NCBI RefSeq assembly: GCF_004010195.1
Contig: NC_057719.1
Location: 94,968,599-95,019,376 of the forward strand
Source: Chiloscyllium plagiosum
Taxonomy: Eukaryota
DNA length: 50,778 bases
Direction: 5' to 3'
Positions 24,648 to 37,970 of the stretch are shown here, in pieces (position 1 is the stretch's first letter; each line of letters begins with the position of its first letter). Below the pieces are notes generated by a model. The model had not been told where the DNA came from. It was given only the letters and a program-made list of their open reading frames with translations, and did not search any database. The translations under genes and the position numbers were made by a program.

Positions 24648-24901
24648 TAAAAGCAAATTACTGTGGATGCTGGAATCTGAAACTAAAAGAGAAAATGCTG
24701 GAAAATCTCAGCAGGTCTGGCAGCATTTGTAAGGAGAGAAAAGAGCTGATGTTTCGAGTCTAACTAACCCTTTGTCAAAGCTGGCCAAACCAGCTTCAAC
24801 CAGCTTTGACAAAGGGTCAGTTAGACTCAAAATGTCAGCTCTTTTCTCTCCTTACAGATGCTGCCAGACCTGCTGAGATTTTCCAGCATTTACTCTTTTG
24901 G
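24648..24901. mobile_element. Fold-back PLE-derived mini-element, family C
   Basis: ~100-bp inverted arms; exact 14-bp TSD tttcatgaatggga (24634-24647/24902-24915); hammerhead-like core with TTGACAA in both arms. Confidence 0.85.
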
Positions 24902-25089
24902 TTTCATGAATGGGAGTTTTGGTTTTTAATGTGGTGAAGGCTTGTTATTTAAACTTTTAAAAATTTGATTTCATCTTATGGCAATAGGGGTCTGTCGATA
25001 AAGCTCATATCAATTCAACACCAACTCATGTCAATTAAATGATTATCCTTTAACATTGCATCTTCATCCAACTCACCCAGTAGTAACAC

Positions 25090-25795
25090 ACCAGAACTTC
25101 AAGAGAAACAGGGGGCAAAAATAAGTGTAGTTGCCATCACTAAGAGGACATTTTTGAGGAAGGTGAATATATCACCTGGACCAGATGGACCACACCCAGA
25201 GTTCTGAAGGAGATAGCTGAGGAGATAGTAGAGTCATTGGTGGTGAATTTCAGGATTCACTGGAGTCAGGAAGGGTGCCAGGGGACTGGAAAATGGCAAA
25301 TGTAACACTCCTGTTTAAGGGAGGGAAGCTGAAGATGGGAAACTATAGACTGGTTTGCCTGACCTCAGTTATTGGTAAGCTTTTACAGTACATTATTAAG
25401 GATGAGATTGTGGAGTAATTAGAAGTACGTGATAATAAAAAACGGCTGAGTTAGCACAGCTTTGTCAAGGGGTGGGGAGAAGATGTTTCGATTTAATAGG
25501 AAAAACTATGACCAAAGGGTACAGCGCCAGAATGAAGGGATGTCCCTTTAGAACTGAGATGAGGAGGAATTCTTTCAGGCAGAGATTGGTGAATCTGTGG
25601 AACTCATTGTCACAGAGGGCAGTGGAGGCCAAGTCATTTAGTGTAGCTGAGACAGATGTAGATTGATTCTTGATTAGTAAGGGGATCCGGGGTTATTGGG
25701 AGAAGGCAGGAGATTGGGAAACATATCAGTCCTGATCAAATAGTGGAGCAGACTTGATGGGCTGAATGGCCTAATACTGTTCCCATACCTTATGG
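25090..25795 (+). mobile_element. Internally deleted CR1-type LINE fragment
   Basis: Matches ~670-1060 and then ~2000-2310 of the first LINE, joined near 25470. Confidence 0.75.
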
Positions 25796-25881
25796 TACTG
25801 TGGACACATTTCCAATTTTATTATCCATTTCAAATTCAACCTTTCAAAGATTACCTGCAATGTTGATCTTGTAGGTTAACT

Positions 25882-26101
25882 AGGAGAAAGTGAGGACTGC
25901 AGATGCTGGAGATCAGAGCTGAAAAATGTGTTGCTGGAAAAGCGCAGCAGGTCAGGCAGCATCCAAGGAACAGGAGAAGACCTTCTTCAAGGAAGGCATC
26001 CTTGCAAGAGGATTTGCTTTCCTGAAGAAGGGCTTATGCCCGAAACCTGCTCCTTGGATGCTGCCTGACCTGCTGCGCTTTTCCAACAACACATTTTTCA
26101 G
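25882..26101. mobile_element. Fold-back PLE-derived mini-element, family A
   Basis: Exact 14-bp TSD cttgtaggttaact (25868-25881/26102-26115); CTGAAGAAGGGCTTATGCCCGAAAC core; includes the spacer aggcatccttgcaagaggatt also seen at ~20850-20897 and ~43000-43040. Confidence 0.88.
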
Positions 26102-26864
26102 CTTGTAGGTTAACTCTCTAATCTAGGATAGAAATTCCATAGGGAATTTTTTTGCACTGATTGTTGCTTCTTCCATTCTGGTCTCCCTTCATCTTCTCAT
26201 TCACTCAAGCTACCATTATTCCCCTATCTTTTACCCCCTTGAACCCAATTCCCATGAGATGTCTGCACACCATTCAATTTCCCATCCAAGATCCTATGCT
26301 AATTAACAAATACTGTAAGTGTTCTTTCTCATCAGATATTGTTCCTGCTCTTTTGAACAAACCATCATCAGTCTCACTTCAAACTGTTAACCCCTTCACT
26401 CTCCTACTATTACAAACTACTATCTCATCTCCAAACTTACTTCCTGTCAAGTCTTTTGAAGATGTTGTCATCTTCCAAATAACATTCTATAATAGGAGGC
26501 ATTGTCATTTTCCATTAATTCAGCTAATCTAAAACTCTGTTGCCTGTATCCCAACTTGTGTCAAATTTCAGTTACCCATCACCTGGTCTACCAAATCCAA
26601 CCATTTGCCATTTTCATTCTGGTATCCAATCAAACCATAGCCTCACCCTCTGTCTTTCTCTGTGACTTCCAATTAGTACAAGACTCCTCAAGAATCTTGC
26701 ACTCCTACAAAAATGTGTTCCAGCCCTGTTTGTGCATCCCATTGGCACTCGTCCTTAAAAAAAAGGAATTTCCCTCCCGAAACGCCCACGTCTTCATCCC
26801 ACTCTCCTCCTTTAAACCTACTACATGTGACTAAAGCGAGATTTACCTGCCTTTCCTTGACTGT

Positions 26865-27200
26865 GAGGAGATGACAAATAATGATAATGTCATTTGACTA
26901 TCTGGAGAACCAGGCTAACCCCTCATGGTAGCTGGTGGAACTTAAAATCAATTAATAAATCTGGAATTGAAAGCTCCAGCAATGGTGATCACAAAACTAT
27001 CATTGGTTATCATAAAATCCTATTCAATTCAATATTGCCCTTAGGGAAAGAAATGTGCCTTTCAGATCTGAACTGGTCGACATGTGACTCCAGACCATTG
27101 GCAATGGTGGTTTTGTCTTAACTGCCCCTGAAACAGCCTGAGCAACTCATTCAGATCAAGAACAACTAGTGACAGGAAACAAATACTAGTGACAAAGGAG
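26865..27200 (+). mobile_element. Old tRNA-derived shark SINE
   Basis: Shares aataaatctggaattgaaa and catgtgactccagacc motifs with 30323-30772 and 15585-16142. Confidence 0.65.
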
Positions 27201-30200
27201 AGGATAACAAGAAAAAAAAAACTTGTCAATTTTAAGTACAGAAGTGCAGTAGCTTGGAACAATTTCTACATTGAACCGATTCTATATGTCTAAACTATTG
27301 ATCTTTTCTTACTGTTGGTAAGAAACTGAAAGAACTGCATGAGAATTCAAGGCATATGTGTTCAATTTATTAATATCTGTTCAATTAGATGGAAAAATTA
27401 ACTTGGTTGGAGGTAGTTTTATTGTTTCAACAGTTTGACTTGTAAGATTCAGAATGGTAAATATTTGAACAACAGGCTTTCACTCTCAGAGATGGTAATC
27501 ATATGTTCTTGACATTTTTAGATCATTTGCTAATTTCTAAAATTGCCACTACCTTGGGAATTGACAGTAAAGGGATATATCTTAGAGATTCTAATGGAAT
27601 ATGAATTTCAAACTAATTTTAGTACTTTGGAGGCAATTTTTTAATAAGCCATCTTGTTTTCATTTTACTATGCATTATTAAATTTAAAATATTTTAATGA
27701 ATTTGCTTCTCTATGTATTGTAACTTCAATTATTTATAGGACTTTTAAGACAGCCTTTCAACAATGCAATGTTGTCTCTTTAGATACCATGAATACATGA
27801 GAAATGGACAGTGACATCACACAGAACCTCCAATCTTCCTGTTTACAGACAACTTGATTTCTTTTTCTTGGCAAGGTAGTTTTATTTTTTAGTCACAGCA
27901 GGAGTCTGTAAATTGTAATTTAGTACAGTGAGCAGGTACATGCTGCCCTAACTGTAGCTCAGGTTTAAAGCAGGGTCGTTAAGCTCCTTTGCATCTCAGA
28001 ACCATTGAACAAAACACATCTCACGTATAATGAACATCAACATAAATGTCAGAGGCACTGCTTACCTAATCTTGGGCTGATCTAACAATGAAACAACTTG
28101 TTACTAACGTTAATGTAGAAGAAATAGATGGCTCAGAATTTACTTTAACTCCATTAACTTTAGTTTTCCTATTACTAGCACAATTCACTATTCATTTTCA
28201 GTTTAAGGACAGACTTTGGAAAAAAAATTAAGCTGGCATTATAATAAAGCTTCATTCACATTTTTGCATTAAATACCATAAAAGGAAATGAAGTTTAGAT
28301 ACTGTGAAACAATTCGTGGGCATATACCAGCACCAGATAATTGCATTTGTTCAAAAGCCACCACTATCTCCTCAAGGGCAGTTAGGGTTGAACAACAATG
28401 TTGGCTTGGCCAGCTGTACAAATACAAGATTTTAAAAAAACTAAAATTTACATGAATTTTCCACCCTGAATTTGTATTTAAAGATTTTATTTTACCAACA
28501 CAGCATCTAGTAAGATGGAAAATTGTGGGAAGTGAGCAATCATTTCAACATTTCCAAATAAAGGACAAGGAAGCTTATTGTTACAGCAGTGCCAATGAGA
28601 CTGTCCCAGTAAAGTTTCCCCTTTGCTCTTCCTGAACATGGAGAGCAAGAGAAAACATCCATTAAAACTGGAACTGGCACATTCTAATGTTAACCCAACA
28701 AAAAGAAAGACAAAGAAGCCAGAACAACAAAATAAAAGCAAAACAGAGACAAAGGAGGAGGTTTGAAAGAGCAATATCTCTCATATAGTTTTCATAATGC
28801 AATAACAGAACTTGCTGGAAGCATGTTGTGCATTTACTTGAATATACATGCATTGTTTCCTGTTTTTCCAACTTTGCAAATAAAAATGCTGTTAGTACTG
28901 CTTCAGTAGGTAAGATCTACTTTCATAATGAGTCAGGCTAATTTATTTTCTACAGTCACACATTGTGAGGTTCAAGAAACACATTCCCATAGATTTCGGC
29001 AATTGTATGGCCTCGTATCATTGGGATGATTTTCAGTAACTGAAAAGAACCAACAAGGAGTTCTTATCAATCATTGAAATTTGAACGGTGATATAGGAAG
29101 CCACCAAAAGTTTTTGTTTAACTTAAAATGCTCAGTTTTTCTGGCAGCCATCTACACCGGCTACTTTCATCCTACAATCAATGATCTTTCTTACTGGTGC
29201 GAGACAACCTCTTTGATTAAGTGTTCACTGATCTGTATTTGCCAATTCTTTTTTACTATTGTCTTTTAGTGTTGGTTTAATGCCCAAGAGGACGTGACAT
29301 TGGCAAAATTGAGACTGTGTCTGTCATTGCTACTTCAACATAGAAATAGGAAGAGGACATTTGGTTTGATTATTCCATTTGATTATGGTTTGCCTGAATT
29401 TTAGATTCTTATCTTGCATATATAACACTTGCTATTTCTGCCTAACAAAAATATATCGATCTATTTTTTGAAATTTTCTGTTGACCTAGCATAGATAGTT
29501 ATTTGGAGGAGAGAGTTCTAGATTATCCCTATCTCTTGAGTGAAAATGTGCTTTCTGGCATCAAGCCTTAACATTTGAATTTGAATTATGATCACCCCTT
29601 TATTATGGACTCTCCAGATGTGCATAGATTCCTCTCTATCTTATGTTGGTCCTGGTCTTTAATCTATTGGTCCAGTCTATTCCATCAACCTTCATAATTT
29701 AACTTTATTAGCCTTAATAACCTGGCCAAGTTTGAAAGGTTGGGGTCTTCCTTTCATTTTAGTAGGTATGCAGTGCATCAAAAGTGTATCAACTAGTGCT
29801 GATAAGTGGCCAATAATATTCATGCCGCACATGTACCAAGCAATAATATTTCGATAGAGAAAAAAATCTTATCACCTCCTCTTGACATTCAATGGCATTA
29901 CCAGCAGTGAATCCCTCACAATCGACATTCTGTTGAAACTGGTGAGTATCTTACGTCTTCTCTCTCTGTTTCACTCTCCAGTGATGCTGTCAAACCTGCT
30001 GAGACTCTGCAGAATTTTCTGTATTTATTTCATACTTCCAGCATTTTCAGTATTTTGATTTTAATCTGTTTATATGTGAGCAGAGAGGAAGCTGCTCCAC
30101 TGGGTTTTGTAGTGATTCAGTTACACAGCAGTAAAATGACATACAATTTTTTTTCAAACATGTTCTTGAAACCCTTATAATTTATTTTCCTTTTCTTTTT

Positions 30201-30322
30201 TGTTCAGCAGTTCCCCATGTTGACACAACAGCATGAGTAAAGCAACTTACAATATGCCAGACCATATTCTCCACGTGTTAGAAGTACCATTGCAGATCCT
30301 AGCTAGATTTAGCATTTAGATT

Positions 30323-30772
30323 TAGGGGAAGTGATGGCATCACGTTAATGTCACCGGACAGGGCCCAGTATGTTTGCCCAGAGCTACTGCTAGTGGGACT
30401 TGCATTCAAATCTTACCATGTTGTGAAATTTATATTGAATTAATAAATCTAGAATTGAAATCTTGGCTCAGTAATCATGACCATGGAATAATCATTAATT
30501 GTTAAAAGAAAAAGAATCTGGCCCAGATGTATGCCTTGAGGGAAGGATACATCTCCCTTAGTTGGTTTGGCCCACAAGACTCCAGCCCAAGGTGATGTGG
30601 TTGACTCTTAACCTCCCTCTGAAGAGGCCAAGCAAACCACTCAGTTATTACAAACAAATACATCTGCTGTAGTTCAAACGCCAATCCCCACTGCCTTCTC
30701 TAAGGTCAAGTAGAAATGGGCAATAAATATCAGACTTAGCAGCAGCTCTCATGTCCCGTGAAAAAATAAAAA
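30323..30772 (+). mobile_element. Old tRNA-derived shark SINE
   Basis: Head ggggaagtgatggcatcacgttaatgtcac, B-box-like ttcaaatc, LINE-type tail gggcaataaat...tcccgtgaaaaaataaa. Confidence 0.65.
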
Positions 30773-32804
30773 CACGAGTGTGATGAGCAAATACTTGGTG
30801 AACTAATCTAGATAACCTCTGCTTCCTTCAGTTCTTTGTCGATGTTATTTGGGTGATTTTTCCATGTTGATTGAAGTATTTATTTCAGATATGAACAATT
30901 TAAGACACTGGTAATGTTATATTCTCATGTATCTTGTATTGCAAAACACTTGTATAATGCAATATATATTGGAGCACCTAATGTGACTATTCAAAAACAG
31001 CAAAATCTTTATGGTAGTGTTCAAAACAGAGCATACTAGTTGAGGTTTAAATTTGTCTCAAATTGTACTCGTAAAGTTGCTGCTGAGATGTTCTTCAATA
31101 GGGTTATTAGTCATTACCACTGAGGATGATCCTGGGTTCTTAATTACAATTTACTAAATCTGCAGTGAACATTTGTAGGCACTGTGGACTCTTACAAAAC
31201 AAAATAATAAATCATAAATAATGGATATTTACTGCCATTCCCTTGTTCTGATGAGACATGGCTGAATTTTAATTGAATGGAAGTCATTTATGTTAAAATA
31301 ATTGTAAGGTTGATGTGAAAAGTCTGATATTCAGATTTACTATAATCTCTGCTCTTAATAATCTTGCCCTCTAATAAAAGTTCAATATTTAGCTAATGCC
31401 TCTCTTCCAGTGTGAATGAGAAAAAGATGGCAAACAGAGTTTAGCTGCTACACTCTGGAATTCTCTTCAAAACCTCTCCATTTTCTCACCTCACTCTTCA
31501 CTTTGAGACAGTCTTTCAAAACTATCTTTAACCAAATACTTTCTTCACTTCCTAACTTTTAAAAGAAATCTTTTTAACTTTTTTTTAACCTTTTTAAAAT
31601 TTTCTAAAGATCATCTTGCAATTCAATTAGACCTCTATAAATGACCTAATTTATTTGGAAATGTGTCATTTTTTTCTGATAATGTAAGCTGTGAAACACT
31701 TTTGAGACACCACTACATTAAAGGTGCTTATTATGATACACATTGCTGATTCTTCTTTCAAGCATCTGTCACAACTGAGGCACACATGACCAAAATCTTG
31801 ATATCTCTTTCTGTGGATTTGGAGAATCTGGTAGCATAAAGGCTTCATCAGTTGTAACTTTCACAGCCAAAAGAACTTTCACAGCCAAAGAATTCCAATG
31901 CAGATGGTATTGCTGTGTAGCAGGCTATCTGGTCAGATAAAGGTGTTAAGCTGGGTCTCCTTTGGCACGCCGAACAGGGGATGTCAAGATGCATTTGACA
32001 TGAACTCATTTTTCTTATTTAATATACAGCATCAATCAAACTTCTGAACAAAGGCTAACAATTTACCGATAAGCTCTGGAGGAAAGTTTTTTTTAAATGC
32101 AAAAATGATATGTCCACACTAATTGAGGATAATACAAAGATAAAAATGCCTGTTGATTAAAAAGATTGTTCTGCACACTAGACCATTCCATATATTGTGG
32201 GTGAAGTGATGTGTAAGGCAGGAATGGACCCCAAAAATGAAACTTGGCTGGGGATTTCAAGGACAAGTTCAGAGATTACAATGAGGCCAGTGCTGGACAC
32301 CAGCAAAACTATACCTGACTGACAAGGCCTGTTGCAGTCTACTGGTTTTCACTCAGTTCTGATTCAATGAGACACTTCTAGTAGCATAGAATCTCTCAAA
32401 AGCAGGACTCAGAAGTAAAAGATAAAAAAAATTAACCTGCTCTAATACCACAGTGACATACTTCGGACAGTTGCTATTATTTATAAAGTCAGTTAAAGTT
32501 ATGTTTTGCATTAATTCGAGAATTGACTGACAGACATGCTCAGGTGCCTGCAATGAAAATTAAATCTTTGTCATTTAAATTATTCGCTGATCTTTGTCAG
32601 TTCTCTCTCTTTGATTATCTAGTTACAAGGAATGTACACAACACTTTTAATAAAATATACTTTTATCCCTTGTATATCATAAGCAGCTGCAGGCTCACTA
32701 ATTTAAGGTTTGAAATTTACTTGTAAGTAAGATATTCAACTTAATACTAATGTTCTTTTTTGGTCCAGTTTATGGTTTTCTATATTAGGATGATATAATA
32801 CATG

Positions 32805-32890
32805 TTGAAACTTTATTGCTGGAAAAGCACAGCAGGTCAGGCAGCATCCAGGGAACAGGAGATTCGACGTTTCGGGCACAGGCCCTTCTA
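32805..32890 (-). mobile_element. Truncated family A PLE mini-element arm
   Basis: gctggaaaagcacagcaggtcaggcagcatccagggaacaggagattcgacgtttcgggcacaggccctt. Confidence 0.75.
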
Positions 32891-33032
32891 GTGAAGGTAT
32901 TGGAATCCAATGCCCTTCTAAAAAGTGATATTTTCTTGAGCTTTTGTGATTGAAATAAAAGTAACCCCAATTTTCACAATTCAGACCAATTAATTAATTT
33001 TGGAAGTATGTATTGTTATCATGGAACCTTAG

Positions 33033-33255
33033 GAGAAAGTGAGGGCTGCAGATGCTGGAGATCAGAGCTGAAAATGTGTTGCTGAAAATGTGCAGCAGGT
33101 CAGGCAGCATCCAAGGAGCAGGAGAATCGACATTTCGGGCATAAGCTCTTCTTCAGGAATGATTCCTGAAGAAGGGCTTATGCCCGAAACGTCGATTCTC
33201 CTGCTCCTTGGATGCTGCCTGACCTCCTGCGCTTTTCCAGCAACACATTTTTCAG
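33033..33255. mobile_element. Fold-back PLE-derived mini-element, family A
   Basis: Exact 16-bp TSD tatcatggaaccttag (33017-33032/33256-33271); ~90-bp inverted arms. Confidence 0.9.
33161..33197 (+). ncRNA. Minimal type I hammerhead ribozyme motif (intact core)
   Basis: CTGAAGA(33166-72) A GGGC ttat GCCC GAA ACGT C, then GATT; loopless palindromic stem III ACGU; predicted cut after 33193; stem I has one U-U mismatch. Confidence 0.7.
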
Positions 33256-33974
33256 TATCATGGAACCTTAGTCAATGGGATTACTCCCCCTGATTTTCAG
33301 GAATTCAAGGAGACCTTGCCTCTGACCTCCCAAACTTTGGCCTTGGTAGTTCACAGTCCCCTGCCAGGTTTTCCACTACTGAAGCAAGTTCAACTGGACC
33401 AATTTCAATTTCCATCCTAAACTGGTCCAATTCAGCATTGATTTGAATTCCAAAAGAAAATAGTTGAGTTAAATCAAAAAAACTTTGACTTAATACAATG
33501 TATGAACAAAAATTAAAATACACTAAAGGTGAAGTAATCCAAATATGTTTGTGCTGTCTAAGGCCATTCTGCTGTGGAACTTATGTGTAAGACGAGTTTA
33601 GTTCACCATTTAAACATTTCCAATATTTGCATTTGATTTGAATAGCAAATGTGTTGCAAATTATATAAACAATCATATTGGTCCTAAAGTTCAAATCTGG
33701 ATCATTGCATTTATGAAGTAGTATTTATAATGTCTCTCGGAGTTGGAATCCTCTCCTGTGTGAGCTAGCTAACTGAGCAGCAGTTAGGAAACTTTATGGG
33801 GTGGTCATGGAGCCAAACCCCAATTTTCTCATCTCCAATGGAGTTAAATACTAGGATTAAGTTCCATAGTTGACCTTCCTATCTTGCTACTAACTGAGGC
33901 TCTGACATAGCCCAATTAAGGACCATATAAGGGTCTCAGCCCAACGCTATTGGAATTTGTCCAACAGCAGGTGG

Positions 33975-34702
33975 TGTGACCATATGTGCATTTAAGAAGG
34001 ATTTGTTTTGTCCTGTTTCTCTTGAAGACAGTTGTTTTAAACCTGTTGCTAAAGTATATGCTCCGTGAAAAGCAGAATAAATAGTTTGGGGCTTTTAAAA
34101 ATTAGACAAAAGAAGCATGAGTGGGTGGAGACAAGCTCACACAGGGTTTTAGTTTTTGCTTTCACTTAGAGTCATGGAGTCATCAAGATGTACAGCACAG
34201 AAACAGACCCTTCAGTCCAATTCATCCCTGCCGTCCGGACATCTAGTCTATTTCCCAGCACTTGGTCCATATCTCTCTAAACCCTTCCCTAGTCATGTAC
34301 CCATCTTATCTTTTAAATGATGTATTTGTACCAGCCTCCAACACTTCCACTGGACTGGAGAAAAGTTACACCCAAAATACCACTTTCTCCACCTCCTGAT
34401 GCTGCCTGGCTTGCTGTGCTCTTTCAGTCTCCGGCCTGTCGACTTTGTATTCCAGCATCTGCAGTTCTTTTGTCTCCACCACTTCCTCTGACAGCTCATT
34501 CTATATACACCTTTTGTGTGAAAAAGTTTATTTTTAGGTCCCTTTTAAATCTTTCTCCTCTCACCCTAACCCTATTCCCTCTAGTTCTGGACTCCCCCAA
34601 CCCCAGGGAAAAGACTTTGGCTATTCACCCGATCCATGCCCTTCATGGACACTCCTTAAAGCTGGGTTTTTTTTGGAGTTGGAGTTGAAGCTGCTAGATA
34701 GG

Positions 34703-34742
<40 letters not shown>

Positions 34743-35237
34743 GCTGCTAGATTCATTCTGTTGGTGTTCCTTTCTCCTGGACTAGAGGAGGTAGCAAATG
34801 AGGGAACTCTATTTTATTGAATTTGCCTTCGCCAAGGTTGTGTTCATGGGATGCTGTGATATTGGAACAGTTGATAAGCAATAGTTAAATATATCCTTTT
34901 TTATTAAGTATCTTAGCAGAAATAGTGTGTTTTGCTTAATGGTTAGTAGAGAGTGACTAATTGAAGGTTGTGTTCATGGGATGCTGTGATATTGGAACAG
35001 TTGATAAGCAATAGTTAAATATATCCTTTTTTATTAAGTATCTTAGCAGAGTTAAAGTTATGCCTTTTTTTGTTTGTATTTAAACTGTGGTGTAAAATAG
35101 TGTGTTTTGCTTAATGGTTAGTAGAGAGTGACTAATTGAATTACACCTGGAACACAGTGCCTTGCATTTGCCTTTAAATAAGATAAAGGTGAGGGTCTTG
35201 GCTATCTCCTTGATGTGTTTTAGTCTGGTCCATTACA
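33975..35237. mobile_element. Solo LTR with a nested CR1 fragment (~34167-34648) that itself holds a PLE mini-element (34349-34473)
   Basis: TG...CA termini with 4-bp TSD gtgg (33971-33974/35238-35241); PLE TSD ctcca[a/c]cacttcc (34336-34348/34474-34486); (CT)n at 34703-34742. Confidence 0.65.
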
Positions 35238-37765
35238 GTGGGCCTGTTATCATGCGATGAGTGTAACAGGCGAAACAGGTTCTGACCTGTTTGTCACCTT
35301 AAAGGAGATGAGGTGATGGGTCTTTCAATCAAAAAGCAATCTGTGCCTGATACAAAAAAACACACTGGCTATCAGGGAGGGGAGTCAATGGCTTAGAGTC
35401 ACCTTCCTCCTCTTCCCATGATTCCCAACATGCAGAACCACGTCCTCCTTGACCCCAGCATAATCCTCAGACTCTAGGATTACTCCATCATTAGCAGCCA
35501 TGACTGCTGCTATGACAATGCTGAGCGGGCGGCTCTCTCTGGTTGGACTTCCACCCCAGGTTCTGATTCCAGGGGGAGACCCACTGGCAGCTCTGACGCT
35601 GCTGGATAGGCACGCACACAGTGGGCCTGCCCTTGGAAGAGGCTGCAAATATCCTAAAGGCTTTCCAGTTAGGATAGGTCCCCTGATGCCTGAACAAGTT
35701 CCCACCCTAAGTTTCTCCACCTGAAAGAAGACTCTATTTCTACCTAAGTAGCTTACTTCATGGCCTTTCTCTTCATAAAGGTGGCCATGTTCTGTTAAGC
35801 CAAAATGAACAGCTTCAAACATAATGCACAGTTAAACATTAACCGTGGTACACAGTGTTTGAGGCACACTGTGTTCATCCTCTGCAATCTAAGTTTGAGT
35901 TTAGTCCTTTAACCCTGAGAAAGCGGCTAAAGGCTCCCTCTGCTCTCTCAGCTGTACAGGTTTGAGAGTACAGTGTGTGCTGGCAGTCTTAATCCAAACT
36001 GCAGAACATCAAAGCGCTTAGTTTTGAGAAACTCAACAACCAGGTTAGTTGGTATTAAAAGCATTGTGTTTTTCTGAAACTTGGGGAATAGGTGTAAGCC
36101 CCCTGAAAGGATATGAATGAGGAACCTTTGAAGCTTCCAGCAATCTAACTTTTAACGCCTGCTTGCCTCTGTTCTACCTCACATTATCAATCTTCCTTTT
36201 GTTATTGTAAAATTGCAGCACAGGGCAGGAATTGAACTTATATCATGTAGCATTTACAATGCTAGTTTAGGTGGTGCCTTTACTCATTGGGTCATCAGGA
36301 GCTGATCATTAACTTTTCATTGTTTTGTAACAAGCTGTCTTTTATTTCTACAACTGGAACACATTAATTGTTCCAGCAGCTTTACTCAATTGGTAAAAAG
36401 TGACTGCAGGTGTGCACTACCTCGATTGCAAGGATGCCAATGGGCAGTGTAATGACAGCTGCCCTCCAGCATCTCTCTGATAGTGCTACTCCAGTGGATG
36501 AAATGTAAACACAGTATAAGGGGATGGACAAAAATTGCAAACAGTCAACCTGACAAATTGGTTTCATGCTTCACCAGAGAGCTAGTTAACTCAGACAAAG
36601 GATCCCCATTTCAACAAATACACAGCTACTAAACATCAGGGGAAGTGTATTACTCTTTGTTGTTGTTCAAAGTACCTACCTATTTACTGCCAATACTCTC
36701 TTCCAGTCACTGGTATCATCAGTTCATGCAAAAGGGAGGAGCAAAAACAACTGCCATAATTTCCAAAGAGGAAATGCATTTATGTACAAAAAGAATAATA
36801 GACAAATTGTCCCATTGTACACATACAATTCATTAATAAAAAAAAGCTTTTTAAATCCAAGCGGTTCAAGTTAGTTTGATTTGCTTTTAATGCTTGCCAC
36901 TTGCAAACCATGAGTTCAGTTCATTATTATTGAGCTATGAGCCACCTTGTGGAAAATGCTGTAGAAATGGCAATCTCTCTGAAATGATCTGATATGATTG
37001 TGAGCATTGCTAAGTGGATATGAAAATTGCAATTTTCACCCAGATCTGTTTTCATATCAGAGTACAGCTGAGAAGTGTTCACAAAATGAATTGGTTTTTA
37101 GACCACAATTCCCAAAGATTATAAGAATTTACTTAAAAATCTATTTCAAAATTCCATGGTTGTTGTATTAGAATTTCTCTCAGAATTTTAGTCATTAAAT
37201 GGCAAAGAGCCATTTGGAAAGCCTGCTCTATCCACATTTAATTAAATGGACTTGTGTCTATTAAAGTGGAATTGTAAATATTGAAACCTTGATGGGTGGC
37301 ATACCTTCACTTTCTTCTGGTACTGCACACTCCTCAAGAACACACCTCAGTAATGACACACCACTGACAGAAAAAAGGGGAAGTGAGATGTAGGAATGTG
37401 AGCTGATAGCACTACTGTAAAAATAAATGTTCCACACTTCATGTTTTTAAATATAATCAACATTTTCAAATGGCATAGTCTTACTTGATGGGTTGCATAA
37501 ATGGCATGGCAGACTGGAGAACATCAGCAGAAAGGATTAAAATGTTTGGTGGAATTTCACAGTTAATATCAATTCCAGTTTCCACTTATGTGAATTACAG
37601 GTTCACTGGCAAGGAATATAATGTTTAGTTTCATTAAATAATATACACTCACTTATAATTCTACATGTACACATCAAACATTTTCAATACAATCTTGCTA
37701 GGATGCAGAATATATTAGATCTGTTTACCTGTTTTGACTTAAATCGAAGAACTTTTTTCTCTTAC

Positions 37766-37882
37766 CTCCTAACACCATTCCAGCTTGATAGCACTTTCTG
37801 AGGCGACAGGCTGGACAGTTCTTTCTTCGAATTTTGTCAATGATGCAGTCATTCCTTCCAGCGCATAGATACTTATGTTGTC
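37766..37882 (-). CDS. pgr: Internal coding exon (exon 3 equivalent) of a 3-ketosteroid receptor DNA-binding domain, second C4 zinc finger; most likely progesterone receptor
   Basis: The minus strand reads ttcag|GA CAA CAT AAG TAT CTA TGC GCT GGA AGG AAT GAC TGC...GGA ATG GTG TTA GGA G|gtaag, i.e. (G)[38 protein letters not shown](G). It is 117 bp, phase 1-1, with canonical AG/GT, matching the conserved NR3C exon. [16 protein letters not shown] argues against AR; RLRKC..QAGMVLG favours PR over GR (MNLE) and MR (LQKC..MNLG). No other exon of the gene was recognised in the window. Confidence 0.9.
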
Positions 37883-37970
37883 CTGAAAGTTAGAAGGGAG
37901 TTCATGTTATTGTTTGCAAAACTGTTGCAACACATATTGAAACATGTCAAATTAAAGACAATGGGCATGA

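Noticed and set aside
35385..35822. 145-aa minus-strand ORF 2 kb downstream of the pgr exon
   Set aside because: No recognisable domain, no resemblance to the PR hinge/LBD and no convincing splice context.
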